From the NCBI GenBank assembly GCA_021736385.1, contig JAIPFY010000001.1, positions 9,457-73,456 on the forward strand: DNA of 64,000 nucleotides. Direction: 5' to 3'. Below are positions 36,830-46,931 of the stretch, in pieces. Position 1 is the first letter of the stretch. Every line of letters starts with the position of its first letter. Below the pieces are notes generated by a model that searched no databases, was not told where the DNA came from, and worked only from the letters and a program-made list of their open reading frames with translations. The position numbers and the translations under genes were made by a program. This DNA comes from Spirochaetia bacterium. GTDB taxonomy: Bacteria > Spirochaetota > Spirochaetia > CAKZLE01.

Positions 36830-38980
36830 GTGGCATTTGATACAAAGAGATTTCTGGTCCGTTTCGTCGAAGAAGCACGAAAACACATCAAAGAGTTATC
36901 ATCCGGTCTCATCGAACTGGAACATCGTCAGGATGATGAACTGCTCAACACCATCTTTCGGTGTGCCCACACGATAAAAGGTTCTTCCACGATGATGGAT
37001 CTCCCGGAGATCGCCGAATTCGCCCATACCATCGAGAACAGTCTGATGTCGATCCGCGACAAGAAGAGCCCGGTCACCAGAGAGCTCATCGATACCCTGC
37101 TCGAGGCAATCGATCGCTTATCGGTCATGATCGATGAGGCTGAAGCCGGGAAGGAGATCAGGAAGCCCGAAGCTGCCCTGCTCGAGCGGATCATGCAGAC
37201 CCCTGAGCAGGCCGTGCAGCTGCCGACCACCGAAGCTGCAGAGCAGGACCTGCCGGCTGTACAGCCCGAACGCAGGAAGAGGCAGCGGACAGCAGCAGGG
37301 ACTTTCTCCATCCGAACCGAAAAACTCGACGATCTGATCCGTCTGGTCTCCGAGCTCTCCATCTGGAACAGGAGTCTGGAAGAACACCTGCAGGGGATCC
37401 ATGCTGCTGCACAGCTCTCCCGATCGGTACGAGAGTCCTTTGACCGGAATGATATGCAGAGACTCAAAGGCTTGATCTCCACCCTCGAGGAACATACCGG
37501 GAATCTCTCCGCAAGCCTCATGCAGGACATGAGCACCCTCGATCAGCTCAATACCGAGCTGAGAGATACCCTGTTCGATCTCAGGATGGTTCCCATCGGG
37601 ATCATCCTGGAGAAGTTCCCCCGGGTCGTCCGCTCCATCGCCGAAGCCTACCACAAGCAGATCATCCTGAGCATCACTGGAGAAGAGACGGAACTGGACA
37701 AGAAGATCATCGAGATGATCGATGAATCACTCATCCAGATCATCAGGAATGCCATCGATCATGGTATCGAGTCACCGGAGGAGCGAATCGGCGCAGGGAA
37801 GCCTGCTGAAGGGACCATCCGGGTCCATGCCGGGTATGAACAGGGCATGTGCAGGATCACGATCTCTGACGATGGAAGGGGGATCGATACCGCCCGACTT
37901 ACGCAGAAGGCGGTGGAAAAGGGTATGCTCACGACCAGTGAAGCTGAGAAGATCATCAGACGGCCCACCTCAGAGGCACTGATCGATCTTATCTTCACAG
38001 CCGGTCTCTCTTCGAGCAGCATCATCACCGATCTCTCAGGGAGGGGTGTCGGGATGGACATCGTCCATGAGAACATCATCCGCAAGCTGAACGGGCAGAT
38101 AACAGTAGAGAGCATCCCCAACGAAGGGACCTCCTTTTCGATCATGCTGCCGCTCAACACTGCGATCATGCAGGCAACAGTCTTCAGGATCGGCACGCAG
38201 GAACTTGCCGTACCCTCCCATGCCCTGCATGAGGTCCTGCGGGTGGAGAATGAACAGTTCATCGACGTGGTCAACGGGAGGGCTGTCAGGCTGCGGGAGC
38301 AGATCATACCGCTGGTACAGCTGGAGCGACTCCTGAAGATCACCGGGGAAGCTGCACAGAAGCAGAGCCAGCTGGTGCTGATCATCAAGACTGCGAACGG
38401 GTTCGCAGCGGTGGCTGTCGATGACATCATCACACAGAGCAGTTTCGTGATCCATTCGCTGCCGAAGCACCTCCAGCATACCAGGTGGGTCTCCGGCTGC
38501 ATCATCACCGGAGCCTACAGTATCGTCAACCTGCTCAATACCCGACACCTCGTCGAGTACGCACAGCAGGCGGATCTGACAGGGACTGCAGCTGCCGGGA
38601 ATGCTGGAGAGCAGAATATCATCAGTATCCTGGTCGCGGATGACTCTATCAGCACCCGCGATATAGAGAAGAGCATCCTCGAATCCTACGGCTACCGGGT
38701 CGAGACGGCTTCAGACGGACAGGAGGCGCTGGAAATGGCACGTGAGAAGCAGTATGACCTGATCATCACAGATATCGAGATGCCCCGTATGGACGGGATC
38801 AGCCTGACCATCCAGCTTCGCAAAGAGCGCAGCTACGCACACATCCCCATCATCCTCGTCACCTCACGCGATCAGCAGGCCGATAAGATCAGGGGAGCAC
38901 AGGCAGGAGCTGATGCCTATATCATAAAATCGTCCTTTGACCAGGAGAATCTCATACAGACCATCAGAACGCTGGTCTGA
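36830..38980 (+). CDS. cheA: Hybrid chemotaxis histidine kinase CheA with C-terminal receiver domain (WspE-like)
   Basis: Hpt domain (RCAHTIKGSSTMMDL), HATPase (GRGVGMD), a CheW-like domain, then REC (ILVADDSISTRDIEK...DLIITDIEMPRMDG). GTG start with AAGGAG RBS. Confidence 0.85.
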   Translation: MAFDTKRFLVRFVEEARKHIKELSSGLIELEHRQDDELLNTIFRCAHTIKGSSTMMDLPEIAEFAHTIENSLMSIRDKKSPVTRELIDTLLEAIDRLSVMIDEAEAGKEIRKPEAALLERIMQTPEQAVQLPTTEAAEQDLPAVQPERRKRQRTAAGTFSIRTEKLDDLIRLVSELSIWNRSLEEHLQGIHAAAQLSRSVRESFDRNDMQRLKGLISTLEEHTGNLSASLMQDMSTLDQLNTELRDTLFDLRMVPIGIILEKFPRVVRSIAEAYHKQIILSITGEETELDKKIIEMIDESLIQIIRNAIDHGIESPEERIGAGKPAEGTIRVHAGYEQGMCRITISDDGRGIDTARLTQKAVEKGMLTTSEAEKIIRRPTSEALIDLIFTAGLSSSSIITDLSGRGVGMDIVHENIIRKLNGQITVESIPNEGTSFSIMLPLNTAIMQATVFRIGTQELAVPSHALHEVLRVENEQFIDVVNGRAVRLREQIIPLVQLERLLKITGEAAQKQSQLVLIIKTANGFAAVAVDDIITQSSFVIHSLPKHLQHTRWVSGCIITGAYSIVNLLNTRHLVEYAQQADLTGTAAAGNAGEQNIISILVADDSISTRDIEKSILESYGYRVETASDGQEALEMAREKQYDLIITDIEMPRMDGISLTIQLRKERSYAHIPIILVTSRDQQADKIRGAQAGADAYIIKSSFDQENLIQTIRTLV

Positions 38981-39017
38981 TCAGTACAGAAGATAAAAAA
39001 GAGATGAGTAAAAAAGC

Positions 39018-39980
39018 ATGAATGACAACACAACAGAATCAGTAGAGGTCCTTGTAGTCGATGATGACCCGTTCGTCCGTGAGATGATCTGCGATATCCT
39101 CGATGAGAACAGCTATCGGACACGGCAGGCAGAACACGGCAGGCAGGCACTTGACATCCTGCAGGAGACCGGCAGCATCGGACTGATCATCACAGATGTC
39201 CATATGCCGGTCATGAGCGGGATAGAGCTCGTAGAACAGGTCAGACGCTCAGATACGGGGATCCCGATCATCATCCTGACGGTGAACAGTGAACTCAGCA
39301 CGGCCATCGATGCGATCCGAAAAGGGGCGGATGACTACATCCTCAAGGGCAGCACCATTGGTGATACCCTCCCCCTGTCAGTGGTGAAGGTCCTTGAGCT
39401 CTATGACCTGAAGGCAGAGAACAGGAGACTGTTCGAAGACCTCTCCCGAAAGAACGCCGAACTCGAGCGACTGGCGTTCATTGACGGGCTCACCGGGGTA
39501 GCGAACCGGAGGTACTATGATCTTACCCTGAACTCCCTGTGGCATACTGCCAGGCGGAACCACCAGCCCATATCGATGATCATGACCGACATAGACCGGT
39601 TCAAAGAACTCAATGACACCCTCGGCCATCAATATGGTGATCTGTGCATCAGATCAGCAGCCAGGACCCTGGATTCACTGCTGAAGAAGACTGATACCAT
39701 CTTCGCCCGCTTCGGAGGGGATGAGTTCGCAGCCATCCTGCCGCAGACCGCCTCTGATGAGGCAGCTGCCATCGCAGAACAGATGAGAGTCCGTATCGAA
39801 GAGCTTCGGGTCACTGACCCCGAGACCGGCAGATCGATGGACTTCACCATGAGTTTCGGCATCTTCGGTCTCACCCCCGAGTTCGGCTCTCAACCGGAGA
39901 TGCTCCTTGAGGGGGCAGATGCCGCACTCTATGATGCAAAACATTCAGGCAGGAACACGGTCATCGTACGGGATCTCTGA
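39018..39980 (+). CDS. Response regulator-diguanylate cyclase (REC + GGDEF; WspR-like)
   Basis: Receiver (VLVVDDDPFVREMI...GLIITDVHMPVMSG) followed by a GGDEF domain with an intact GGDEF motif (ARFGGDEFAAILP). Confidence 0.85.
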   Translation: MNDNTTESVEVLVVDDDPFVREMICDILDENSYRTRQAEHGRQALDILQETGSIGLIITDVHMPVMSGIELVEQVRRSDTGIPIIILTVNSELSTAIDAIRKGADDYILKGSTIGDTLPLSVVKVLELYDLKAENRRLFEDLSRKNAELERLAFIDGLTGVANRRYYDLTLNSLWHTARRNHQPISMIMTDIDRFKELNDTLGHQYGDLCIRSAARTLDSLLKKTDTIFARFGGDEFAAILPQTASDEAAAIAEQMRVRIEELRVTDPETGRSMDFTMSFGIFGLTPEFGSQPEMLLEGADAALYDAKHSGRNTVIVRDL

Positions 39981-39992
39981 CCAGATGCAGCA

Positions 39993-40022
39993 CAGGCGTA
40001 CCGGATCACTCCGGTACGCCTG
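39993..40022. terminator. Perfect 12-bp-stem hairpin (CAGGCGTACCGG-atcact-CCGGTACGCCTG) between convergent genes; candidate bidirectional terminator without a U-tract
   Basis: Inverted repeat read directly, 12 nt after the diguanylate cyclase stop and 34 nt before the convergent binding-protein stop. Confidence 0.4.
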
Positions 40023-40055
40023 TAAGCAGTCAGTTCATCCTGAGATGATCATCGA

Positions 40056-41150
40056 TCAATTATACAGAAGACCCTTGATATCAGCATCATCCATGTTGTC
40101 CTTGTTGTAGAACTTGGCACCGGTATCGACATCAGCTACGCTCTTGCCCAGGTAGGCATCGTAGGCAAGTGATACAGCCTTGTACCCGATCTGGTAAGGA
40201 TCCTGAGTGATGGAACCGAGGAAGTACTCTTTTCGTACCGCATTCTTCTGTCCTGCACCGGCATCATATCCGATGACTGTCAGCTCAGGGTATCGTACAG
40301 GAAGGTCAGCACCGTCATTCGTTGCTGCAAGTATCCCCTTTGCGGTATTCTCATTGGTACAGAAGACTCCCACGATATTCATGTCAGCGACTTTGTTCAG
40401 TACGGCGCTTGATGATGCGGTGACATCCGTAGCTGCAGAAGTAGCTGGTACGATCATATCGATCATGACCTTGGATCCGCTGACAGGGCTGTCATCTGCG
40501 ATGAACGCGGTGTTGCCCATGACTTTGATGTCACTCTTGCTCAAGCTGGTATTCTTGTCGATCAGGTCTACCATGTAATCTCTGAAGCCCTTTCCACGGC
40601 TGAGCAGTGATTCACCGGAAGCATCCTGGTTCATGACCACGATCGTCACTGGAGCAGCGGCTGTCGCATTCTCGATATCAGCTTTGATCACTTCGAACAT
40701 CTTCTGTGCAGCAAGACCTGCAGCAGCATAGTTATCAGTGGAAGCATTCGCATAGATGGAACCAGCGGGAGCGTCGGGTACACCGGAGTCAAATCCGATC
40801 ACCGGGATCTTCTGATCCAGAGCGTCCTGAAGCTGATCCATGACTGCCCCGGTATTCAGTGCTGCAAGAGCGATAGCTGCTGGCTTCTTAGCCAGTGCAT
40901 TCTTGAGCATCTCTACCTGATCCTGTACATCGCTCTCTGTTGCAGGGCCTTCGAAGGTCATGTCGACACCCAGCTCAGCTGCTGCATCCTGTGCACCCAG
41001 CTTGACCTGCTGCCAGAAATCGTGCTGTTCACCTTTTGAGACGACAGCGATATAAGGGGTCTCACTCTGTGCCTGTGCAAAGGCAGCCATCGAGACTCCC
41101 AGGAATGCCAGAACCAGGAGCATGGATACGATCTTTTTCGAAACTTTCAT
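40056..41150 (-). CDS. Sugar ABC transporter substrate-binding protein (CUT2 family)
   Basis: Signal peptide MKVSKKIVSMLLVLAFLGVSMAAFA and a periplasmic-binding-protein fold (PYIAVVSKGEQHDFWQQVKLGAQDAAAELG). AGGAGGAact RBS. Confidence 0.8.
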   Translation of the reverse strand: MKVSKKIVSMLLVLAFLGVSMAAFAQAQSETPYIAVVSKGEQHDFWQQVKLGAQDAAAELGVDMTFEGPATESDVQDQVEMLKNALAKKPAAIALAALNTGAVMDQLQDALDQKIPVIGFDSGVPDAPAGSIYANASTDNYAAAGLAAQKMFEVIKADIENATAAAPVTIVVMNQDASGESLLSRGKGFRDYMVDLIDKNTSLSKSDIKVMGNTAFIADDSPVSGSKVMIDMIVPATSAATDVTASSSAVLNKVADMNIVGVFCTNENTAKGILAATNDGADLPVRYPELTVIGYDAGAGQKNAVRKEYFLGSITQDPYQIGYKAVSLAYDAYLGKSVADVDTGAKFYNKDNMDDADIKGLLYN

Positions 41151-41228
41151 AGAAGTTCCTCCTCTTTTTTTTATCCGGTGCCTACAGCACCGGGTAGAAC
41201 CTGTGTGATTGCAGGAACGACCGCCTGC

Positions 41229-42473
41229 TCAGGCGTTCTTCCTGAACTCTCTCTTAGCAAGCTTCTCTTCCCGTCTGATGCGGGCCTGTTCTGCCTTCTC
41301 TTCGGCCCTCATTCGAGCATAGGTATGATCACGCTCTTTTGTCAGTGCAGCGATCTCATCAGTGATGCCTCTGGCACGGTCTGCTTCCGCACTCTCCAGA
41401 TTCGCCTTCAGATCATCGATCTTATCGTTCATCGAATTCCGGTAGCGTTCTGAGGCTGCCACGATCTTCTCCAGTGATGCCTTGTTCATCTTGTAGATAT
41501 CAAGCAGCACGGCAAGGATGACCACGACACCGGTGAAGAAGGTCTGGTAATGCGATTGGAGGTCCATCGAGGGCAGACCTGTTCGCAGTACGCTCATGAT
41601 GAACACACCGATCAGCGTCCCGGATACAGAACCGATACCACCGGATAGGGAGGTACCGCCGATGACCGCTCCGGCGATGGCATAGAGCTCGAACCCGGCA
41701 CCCTGGGCAGGCATGACGGTCGTATAGACTGCTGCGAATGCGATACCGCCGATACCGGCACTGATACCGCTTACGATATAGACCGACATCTCCCATTTCT
41801 CCACATTGATCCCTGAGAGTCTGGCAGCCTCTTTGTTACTGCCGATCGCAAAGATATATCGTCCCATCTTCGTCTTGAACAGGATGACATAACTGATGAA
41901 GGCGAACCCGAAGAGGACCAGAGCACCGGTGGGTATCGAGCTGTTGTCTTCAGTGATGTACTTGAAGATCCCCTTGAACCAGCCGCTGGGTTCTGATCGG
42001 GTGGGAAAGGTCGCTGATCGAACGTTCGAGACGATGGAACCGACGCCCTTTGAGATCATCATCGTACCCATGGTGGCGATGAACGGCGGCAGTTTCAGTT
42101 TAGCAATGAGCAGACCGTTGAACAGCCCGAAGAGTGCTCCGACGACGACGATGAACAGCAGTGAGATCCACATCGGCCATCCCCAGGACTTATAGGCAGT
42201 CCCGCCTATGATCGCGGCAGCCATCATGACCGTACCACAGGAGAGGTCTATCCCGCCGGTGATGATGACGAAGGTCACACCGATCGCGATGAACCCTATG
42301 TAGTAGGAGGAGTCAAGGATATTTACCAGAGTGGTATAGGATATGAAGTTCCTGCCAAAGATCGCAAAGAACACATAGAGGATGATCAGAGCTGCAGGGG
42401 CAAGTATCTTCTGCAGCCCTTTGCTTTTCAGATCCTCGATCCGGTTTTGTTTTTTCGTCAAGGTCTTATTCAT
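41229..42473 (-). CDS. Sugar ABC transporter permease with ~90-aa charged/coiled-coil C-terminal extension
   Basis: Permease core (GGIDLSCGTV motif) followed by the tail ...NKASLEKIVAASERYRNSMNDKIDDLKANLESAEADRARGITDEIAALTKERDHTYARMRAEEKAEQARIRREEKLAKREFRKNA. Confidence 0.8.
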   Translation of the reverse strand: MNKTLTKKQNRIEDLKSKGLQKILAPAALIILYVFFAIFGRNFISYTTLVNILDSSYYIGFIAIGVTFVIITGGIDLSCGTVMMAAAIIGGTAYKSWGWPMWISLLFIVVVGALFGLFNGLLIAKLKLPPFIATMGTMMISKGVGSIVSNVRSATFPTRSEPSGWFKGIFKYITEDNSSIPTGALVLFGFAFISYVILFKTKMGRYIFAIGSNKEAARLSGINVEKWEMSVYIVSGISAGIGGIAFAAVYTTVMPAQGAGFELYAIAGAVIGGTSLSGGIGSVSGTLIGVFIMSVLRTGLPSMDLQSHYQTFFTGVVVILAVLLDIYKMNKASLEKIVAASERYRNSMNDKIDDLKANLESAEADRARGITDEIAALTKERDHTYARMRAEEKAEQARIRREEKLAKREFRKNA

Positions 42474-42489
42474 CGTTCCTTACTCCTGC

Positions 42490-43968
42490 TTAGTTGTTCA
42501 TGGTCGCATAGTGCATGATCTGTTCCTGATCAGCGTCACAGATATCAAGTTCTCCGGTGATCCTGCCTTCACACATCACCATGATCCTGTCGCTCATACG
42601 CAGTACTTCCGGCATCTCAGAGGAGATCATGATGATCGCTTTCCCCTCTTTGGCCAGTTCGTTCATCAGATGATAGATCTCGCTCTTTGCCCCTACATCG
42701 ATCCCCCGTGTCGGTTCATCGAAGATGAGGATATCGCTGTTGCGGATCAGCCATTTTGCGATGACGACTTTCTGCTGGTTCCCCCCTGAGAGGTTCACTA
42801 CCAGCTGGTCGAGAGACGGGGTCTTGATCTTCAGGGTCTCTGCATACTCCTGAGCGGTCTCAGTGATCTGTGTCTTGCGCATGAACCCGTGCTTCTGGAA
42901 ATCCTCATATGAGGCCATGATCGAGTTATCCTCGACGCTCAGTCCGGTTGCCAGCCCGTATCGCTTGCGGTCCTCTGAGAGATACCCGATGCCGTAGCGT
43001 ACTGCAGCCATCGGGTCACTGATGAAGGCTCTTCTGCCATTCACTTCGATGATCCCGCTGGTGGAGACATCAGCCCCGAAGAGGGCTCTCATCGTCTCGG
43101 TCCTGCCTGCACCGATCAGGCCAGCGAACCCCAGGATCTCTCCCCTGTGGAGAGAGAAACTGACATCTTTCACCATCCTGCCTGCGTTGAGCCCGGTGAC
43201 CTTCAGCACCACCTCGGCATCAGCGGGGACGTTGCTCTTCTGCTTCGGATCCTCATAGATCACTCGTCCGACCATCATCTGTATGATCTCTTCCTTGGTG
43301 ACCTTGTCCGTATCTTTCGTCCCGATGTACTCCCCGTCACGCATGACCGTAACCCGGTCAGTGATCCTGTGGATCTCATCCATGCGGTGCGAGATGTAGA
43401 TCATCGCGACCTGATCCTGTGCAAGCTTTCTCATGATGGAGAACAGCTCATCGATCTCGGTGTTCGTGAGAGCTGCTGTCGGCTCATCAAGGATCAGGAC
43501 CTTGAGGTTGTGCGATACCGCTTTGGCTATTTCGACCATCTGCTGCATCCCGACAGTGAGCTTCCCGAGCTTCTCAGCCGGGTCGATGTTCATGTTCAGC
43601 TGTTCGAAGAGCTTGCGAGCCCGTTCATTCTGAGCCTTCTCATCGAGAAAGAGTCCCTTCATCTTCATGGATTCTCTTCCTATGAAGATGTTCTGAGCGA
43701 CTGTCAGATGATCCATCATATTCAGTTCCTGATGGATGATGCCGATTCCCATCTGGAGGGCTTCTTTCGGCCCCTGCGGATGGAACATCTTCCCCAGATA
43801 GTGGATCTCCCCTGAATCTTTCTCATAGATACCGGTGAGGATCTTCATGAGTGTCGATTTCCCTGCTCCATTCTCACCTACGAGGGCATGGACTTCCCCC
43901 TCACAAAGATCAAAATCCAGACCTTTGAGAGCATGGACACCTTTGAACCGTTTATCGATGTGTTTCAT
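42490..43968 (-). CDS. Sugar ABC transporter ATP-binding protein, duplicated NBDs
   Basis: Start re-placed at MKHIDKRFKG (ATG 43968). Two Walker A motifs (GENGAGKST, GLIGAGRTE) and signature motifs LTVGMQQ / LSGGNQQK. Confidence 0.85.
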   Translation of the reverse strand: MKHIDKRFKGVHALKGLDFDLCEGEVHALVGENGAGKSTLMKILTGIYEKDSGEIHYLGKMFHPQGPKEALQMGIGIIHQELNMMDHLTVAQNIFIGRESMKMKGLFLDEKAQNERARKLFEQLNMNIDPAEKLGKLTVGMQQMVEIAKAVSHNLKVLILDEPTAALTNTEIDELFSIMRKLAQDQVAMIYISHRMDEIHRITDRVTVMRDGEYIGTKDTDKVTKEEIIQMMVGRVIYEDPKQKSNVPADAEVVLKVTGLNAGRMVKDVSFSLHRGEILGFAGLIGAGRTETMRALFGADVSTSGIIEVNGRRAFISDPMAAVRYGIGYLSEDRKRYGLATGLSVEDNSIMASYEDFQKHGFMRKTQITETAQEYAETLKIKTPSLDQLVVNLSGGNQQKVVIAKWLIRNSDILIFDEPTRGIDVGAKSEIYHLMNELAKEGKAIIMISSEMPEVLRMSDRIMVMCEGRITGELDICDADQEQIMHYATMNN

Positions 43969-44163
43969 GGATAGAATTTGTCTGCTCAACCTGTCACTCC
44001 CGGAACCGCCTGCATCGGCAGTGTTCAATCATTAGATTGATAGTATCCACCCGTTTCTCAGATCGCGAAATAGAGGATTTTACGGTGTTTGTCTAAATTA
44101 TTCCGGTTCGATGAGATATCACACTGATCTGCTCACACGTGCTGAAAAGAGGTTGCTGGTCCC

Positions 44164-45153
44164 TCAGGGGCTGTTCCTGAAGGGATAGAGCAGTTCCTGG
44201 TACTCTCGCTGGAACATGTTCTCCCGGGTGATCAGTACTGACCCGGTGTCATGGAACTCCGGGACCGGCTTCCCGCTGAGATAGTCGACAGCGATCTTCA
44301 CAGCCATGTACCCCATATTGTACGGTCGCTGCACGACCGTCGCATCGATGACCCCCGCTTCGAGGAAGGTGAGTTCTCTCACCGCATTGTCAAAGGCCAC
44401 CACTTGGATCGTATCCTGCAGCTGCCTGTCTGCCACCGCACGCGCTGCGCCCAGGGACGCGACCTCGTTGAGAGCCACGATGCCCCCGAGGGTCGGGTCA
44501 TCGAGCAGTCCCAGGGTGATCTCATAGGCTTTGTCCTCTTCGACATCACAGTACCAGGTACCGATGATCTGTGTTGCATCGATGGCCTGACGGACTCCCT
44601 TCTCCCGGTCGATCGCTGTTGCCGCCTCCCGGATGTGACTCACGATCGCGATCTTCTGTCTCTCCCGTCCTTCGAGCAGCCGCAGCATCTCTCTCCCGGC
44701 TTTCTCACCTGCTGCGATGTTATCGGTGGCGATGAAGGAGACGGGGATCGATGAATCGATGCCGGAATCGAAGGTCACTACCGGGATACCGTAGGATTCT
44801 GCCTTTTTCACCGAATCGACCAGCCGCACATAATCTGCAGCTACCAGGACGATCAGCGGGGGCCGCTGCTCGATGACCTCCTCGAGGATGATGATCTGCT
44901 GGTCTATCTCCTTCTCGAACCTGGGTCCCGAGAGTTCCACAGTCACCCCGTACTCTTTTGCCGCTTCCTGAATCCCCCGTTCGGCGATACCCCAGAACTC
45001 CATCGGTACCACTTCCGATGACTTCATGACGAACTGGATCGGCTGATCGAGCTTGATATGGTTCGGCACCGTCTGCTGATAGAAGATCGTCAGGAAGAAG
45101 AAGAGCACCAGAGCAGCCATGAGACTCAGGAGCAGGACCAGCCAGTTTTTCAT
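44164..45153 (-). CDS. Membrane-anchored periplasmic sugar-binding-protein-like sensor component (Peripla_BP fold), partner of the YesM/YesN-like system
   Basis: N-terminal TM anchor plus a ribose-binding-protein-like domain. Start ATG overlaps the kinase stop (ATGA). Confidence 0.7.
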   Translation of the reverse strand: MKNWLVLLLSLMAALVLFFFLTIFYQQTVPNHIKLDQPIQFVMKSSEVVPMEFWGIAERGIQEAAKEYGVTVELSGPRFEKEIDQQIIILEEVIEQRPPLIVLVAADYVRLVDSVKKAESYGIPVVTFDSGIDSSIPVSFIATDNIAAGEKAGREMLRLLEGRERQKIAIVSHIREAATAIDREKGVRQAIDATQIIGTWYCDVEEDKAYEITLGLLDDPTLGGIVALNEVASLGAARAVADRQLQDTIQVVAFDNAVRELTFLEAGVIDATVVQRPYNMGYMAVKIAVDYLSGKPVPEFHDTGSVLITRENMFQREYQELLYPFRNSP

Positions 45154-46931
45154 CGTATTGCCTCGCTTGAGGGGATCCTGACGGTGATGGTCGTCCCGAC
45201 CCCTGGGGTACTCTCACAGTGCAGTCCATAGGACTCACCAAAGTAGAGTCGTATCCGTGCGTGCACATTGCGTACACCCATCCCCTGTCCGCTCGCACGG
45301 TCAGCCTCATCATCCGGCTCCTCACGCAGTGTGTTGAGCTTCTCGACGGTCTCCGGTGACATGCCTCTGCCGTTATCAGAGACCGTGAAGATGAGCACCT
45401 TCGCCTCTCTCCTTCCGGTGATCTCGATGAGTCCCTTGTGATCGACCTCTTTGATCCCGTGATAGATGGCATTCTCTACAAGCGGCTGAAGGGTGATCTT
45501 CAGGATGTGCTCATCACCGATCCCCGGATCGATATCGATGTGAGAGTCATACTTGTTCCTGTAGCGCATCTCCTCGATGGTCAGATAGGATCTCACATGA
45601 TCGATCTCATCACGCACTGAGATCAGTTCCCGCCCTTTGCTGATGCTGATACGCATCAGCTTCGAGAGCGCCGAGGTCATCAGTACCACCTCTTTGTGCT
45701 GTCGCATCTCTCCCATCCAGATGATCGAATCAAGGGTATTGTAGAGAAAGTGGGGGTTGATCTGAGCCTGCAGGGCCTTCAGGTCACTCTTGCGCTTGAG
45801 TTCCTGTTCCTTCACGTTCTCTACCATCAGCTCCCTGATACGGGTGACCATGATGTCATAGTCATGGGCAAGTTCCCTGATCTCATCGGTAGCATCGATC
45901 TGCCCGACAAGATGGAAGTCCCCGGTATCGACACTCTTCATGATCCCCTGCAGTCTCTTCACAGGGCTGGTGATCCCCCGGGTGATGCGATTGGTGGCAA
46001 GCCCGACGATGAGAAAGAGGATGAGCCCGATAGCGGCATAGGTGATCTGTACATAGGTCCAGTCTGTGATCATATCGTCCCTGAAGAGGACACTGACCAC
46101 ATGCCATCCGGTCATCGAGGAGGTGTTCACGAAGTAGTAGTGCTGCCCGTCTGTGAACATGTTCTGCTCATCCTGCTGTGCGATCTCCAGAAGCTGCTGT
46201 ACCGGTTCGTCCTTCACACCGCTGTAGACCAGCTGCTGGGTGGGATGATAGACATAGTCACCGTTCTCATCAAGGATGAAGTTATAGCCTCTGCGGCCGG
46301 TGACCATGGACTGGCAGAGCTCCTGGATACTATCGAACTTCAGATCGACCAGCAGCACGCCCAGAGGCTCTTCGGTATCAGAGGAGAGGATCCCGCGGCT
46401 GAGCGAGGTGACCCAGGAGTACTCCCCTACGATGAGATTCTGCACATAGGACCCGGAGATGATCGTCCTGTCCGGGTTCTCCAGGGCACTGACGAACCAG
46501 GGACTCTCTGTCACATCACTCCAGGGATTGATCTGTACAGCGGCATCTGCAGAGAAGATCGTCCCGGACAGGTCGGTGAAATAGATATTGAGGATGTCAT
46601 CCCGTGCCTTCAGATACCGTCCTATCTGCTCCTGGATCAGCGCACGGTGGTCGTTCAGCGATACGGCATACTCGCTGCGCAGGACGTCCTGGGAACCGCT
46701 CTCTTCGATGATCGCCAGCGAGAGGTTCTCCATATCCTCGATATAGGAATCTATCTGGCGGGTGAGCTGGCTGAGCAGGGTCCTGTTCGAGGCGATCATG
46801 GAATTCCTCACCGTCGTCACGGTGAACTGGAAGGAGACGATCTGCATGATGAAGATGGTCCCGAAGATGAATACGATGAACACCGTATAGATCCTGGACC
46901 CCAGAGTCCCGATGCGAAACAGCCCCTTCAT
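45150..46931 (-). CDS. Sensor histidine kinase, YesM/LytS-type His_kinase (two TM helices + HAMP + His_kinase + HATPase)
   Basis: QINPHFLYNTLDSIIWMGEM H-box and HATPase motifs (DNGRGM, GMGVRNVHARI). Confidence 0.8.
   Translation of the reverse strand: MKGLFRIGTLGSRIYTVFIVFIFGTIFIMQIVSFQFTVTTVRNSMIASNRTLLSQLTRQIDSYIEDMENLSLAIIEESGSQDVLRSEYAVSLNDHRALIQEQIGRYLKARDDILNIYFTDLSGTIFSADAAVQINPWSDVTESPWFVSALENPDRTIISGSYVQNLIVGEYSWVTSLSRGILSSDTEEPLGVLLVDLKFDSIQELCQSMVTGRRGYNFILDENGDYVYHPTQQLVYSGVKDEPVQQLLEIAQQDEQNMFTDGQHYYFVNTSSMTGWHVVSVLFRDDMITDWTYVQITYAAIGLILFLIVGLATNRITRGITSPVKRLQGIMKSVDTGDFHLVGQIDATDEIRELAHDYDIMVTRIRELMVENVKEQELKRKSDLKALQAQINPHFLYNTLDSIIWMGEMRQHKEVVLMTSALSKLMRISISKGRELISVRDEIDHVRSYLTIEEMRYRNKYDSHIDIDPGIGDEHILKITLQPLVENAIYHGIKEVDHKGLIEITGRREAKVLIFTVSDNGRGMSPETVEKLNTLREEPDDEADRASGQGMGVRNVHARIRLYFGESYGLHCESTPGVGTTITVRIPSSEAIR

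Noticed and set aside
41160-41200. Hairpin CCGGTGC-ctaca-GCACCGG between permease and binding-protein genes as a terminator
   Set aside because: On the transcribed (minus) strand it is followed by an A-run, not a U-run, and it lies inside an operon directly before a strong RBS. It is more likely an mRNA processing or stability element.
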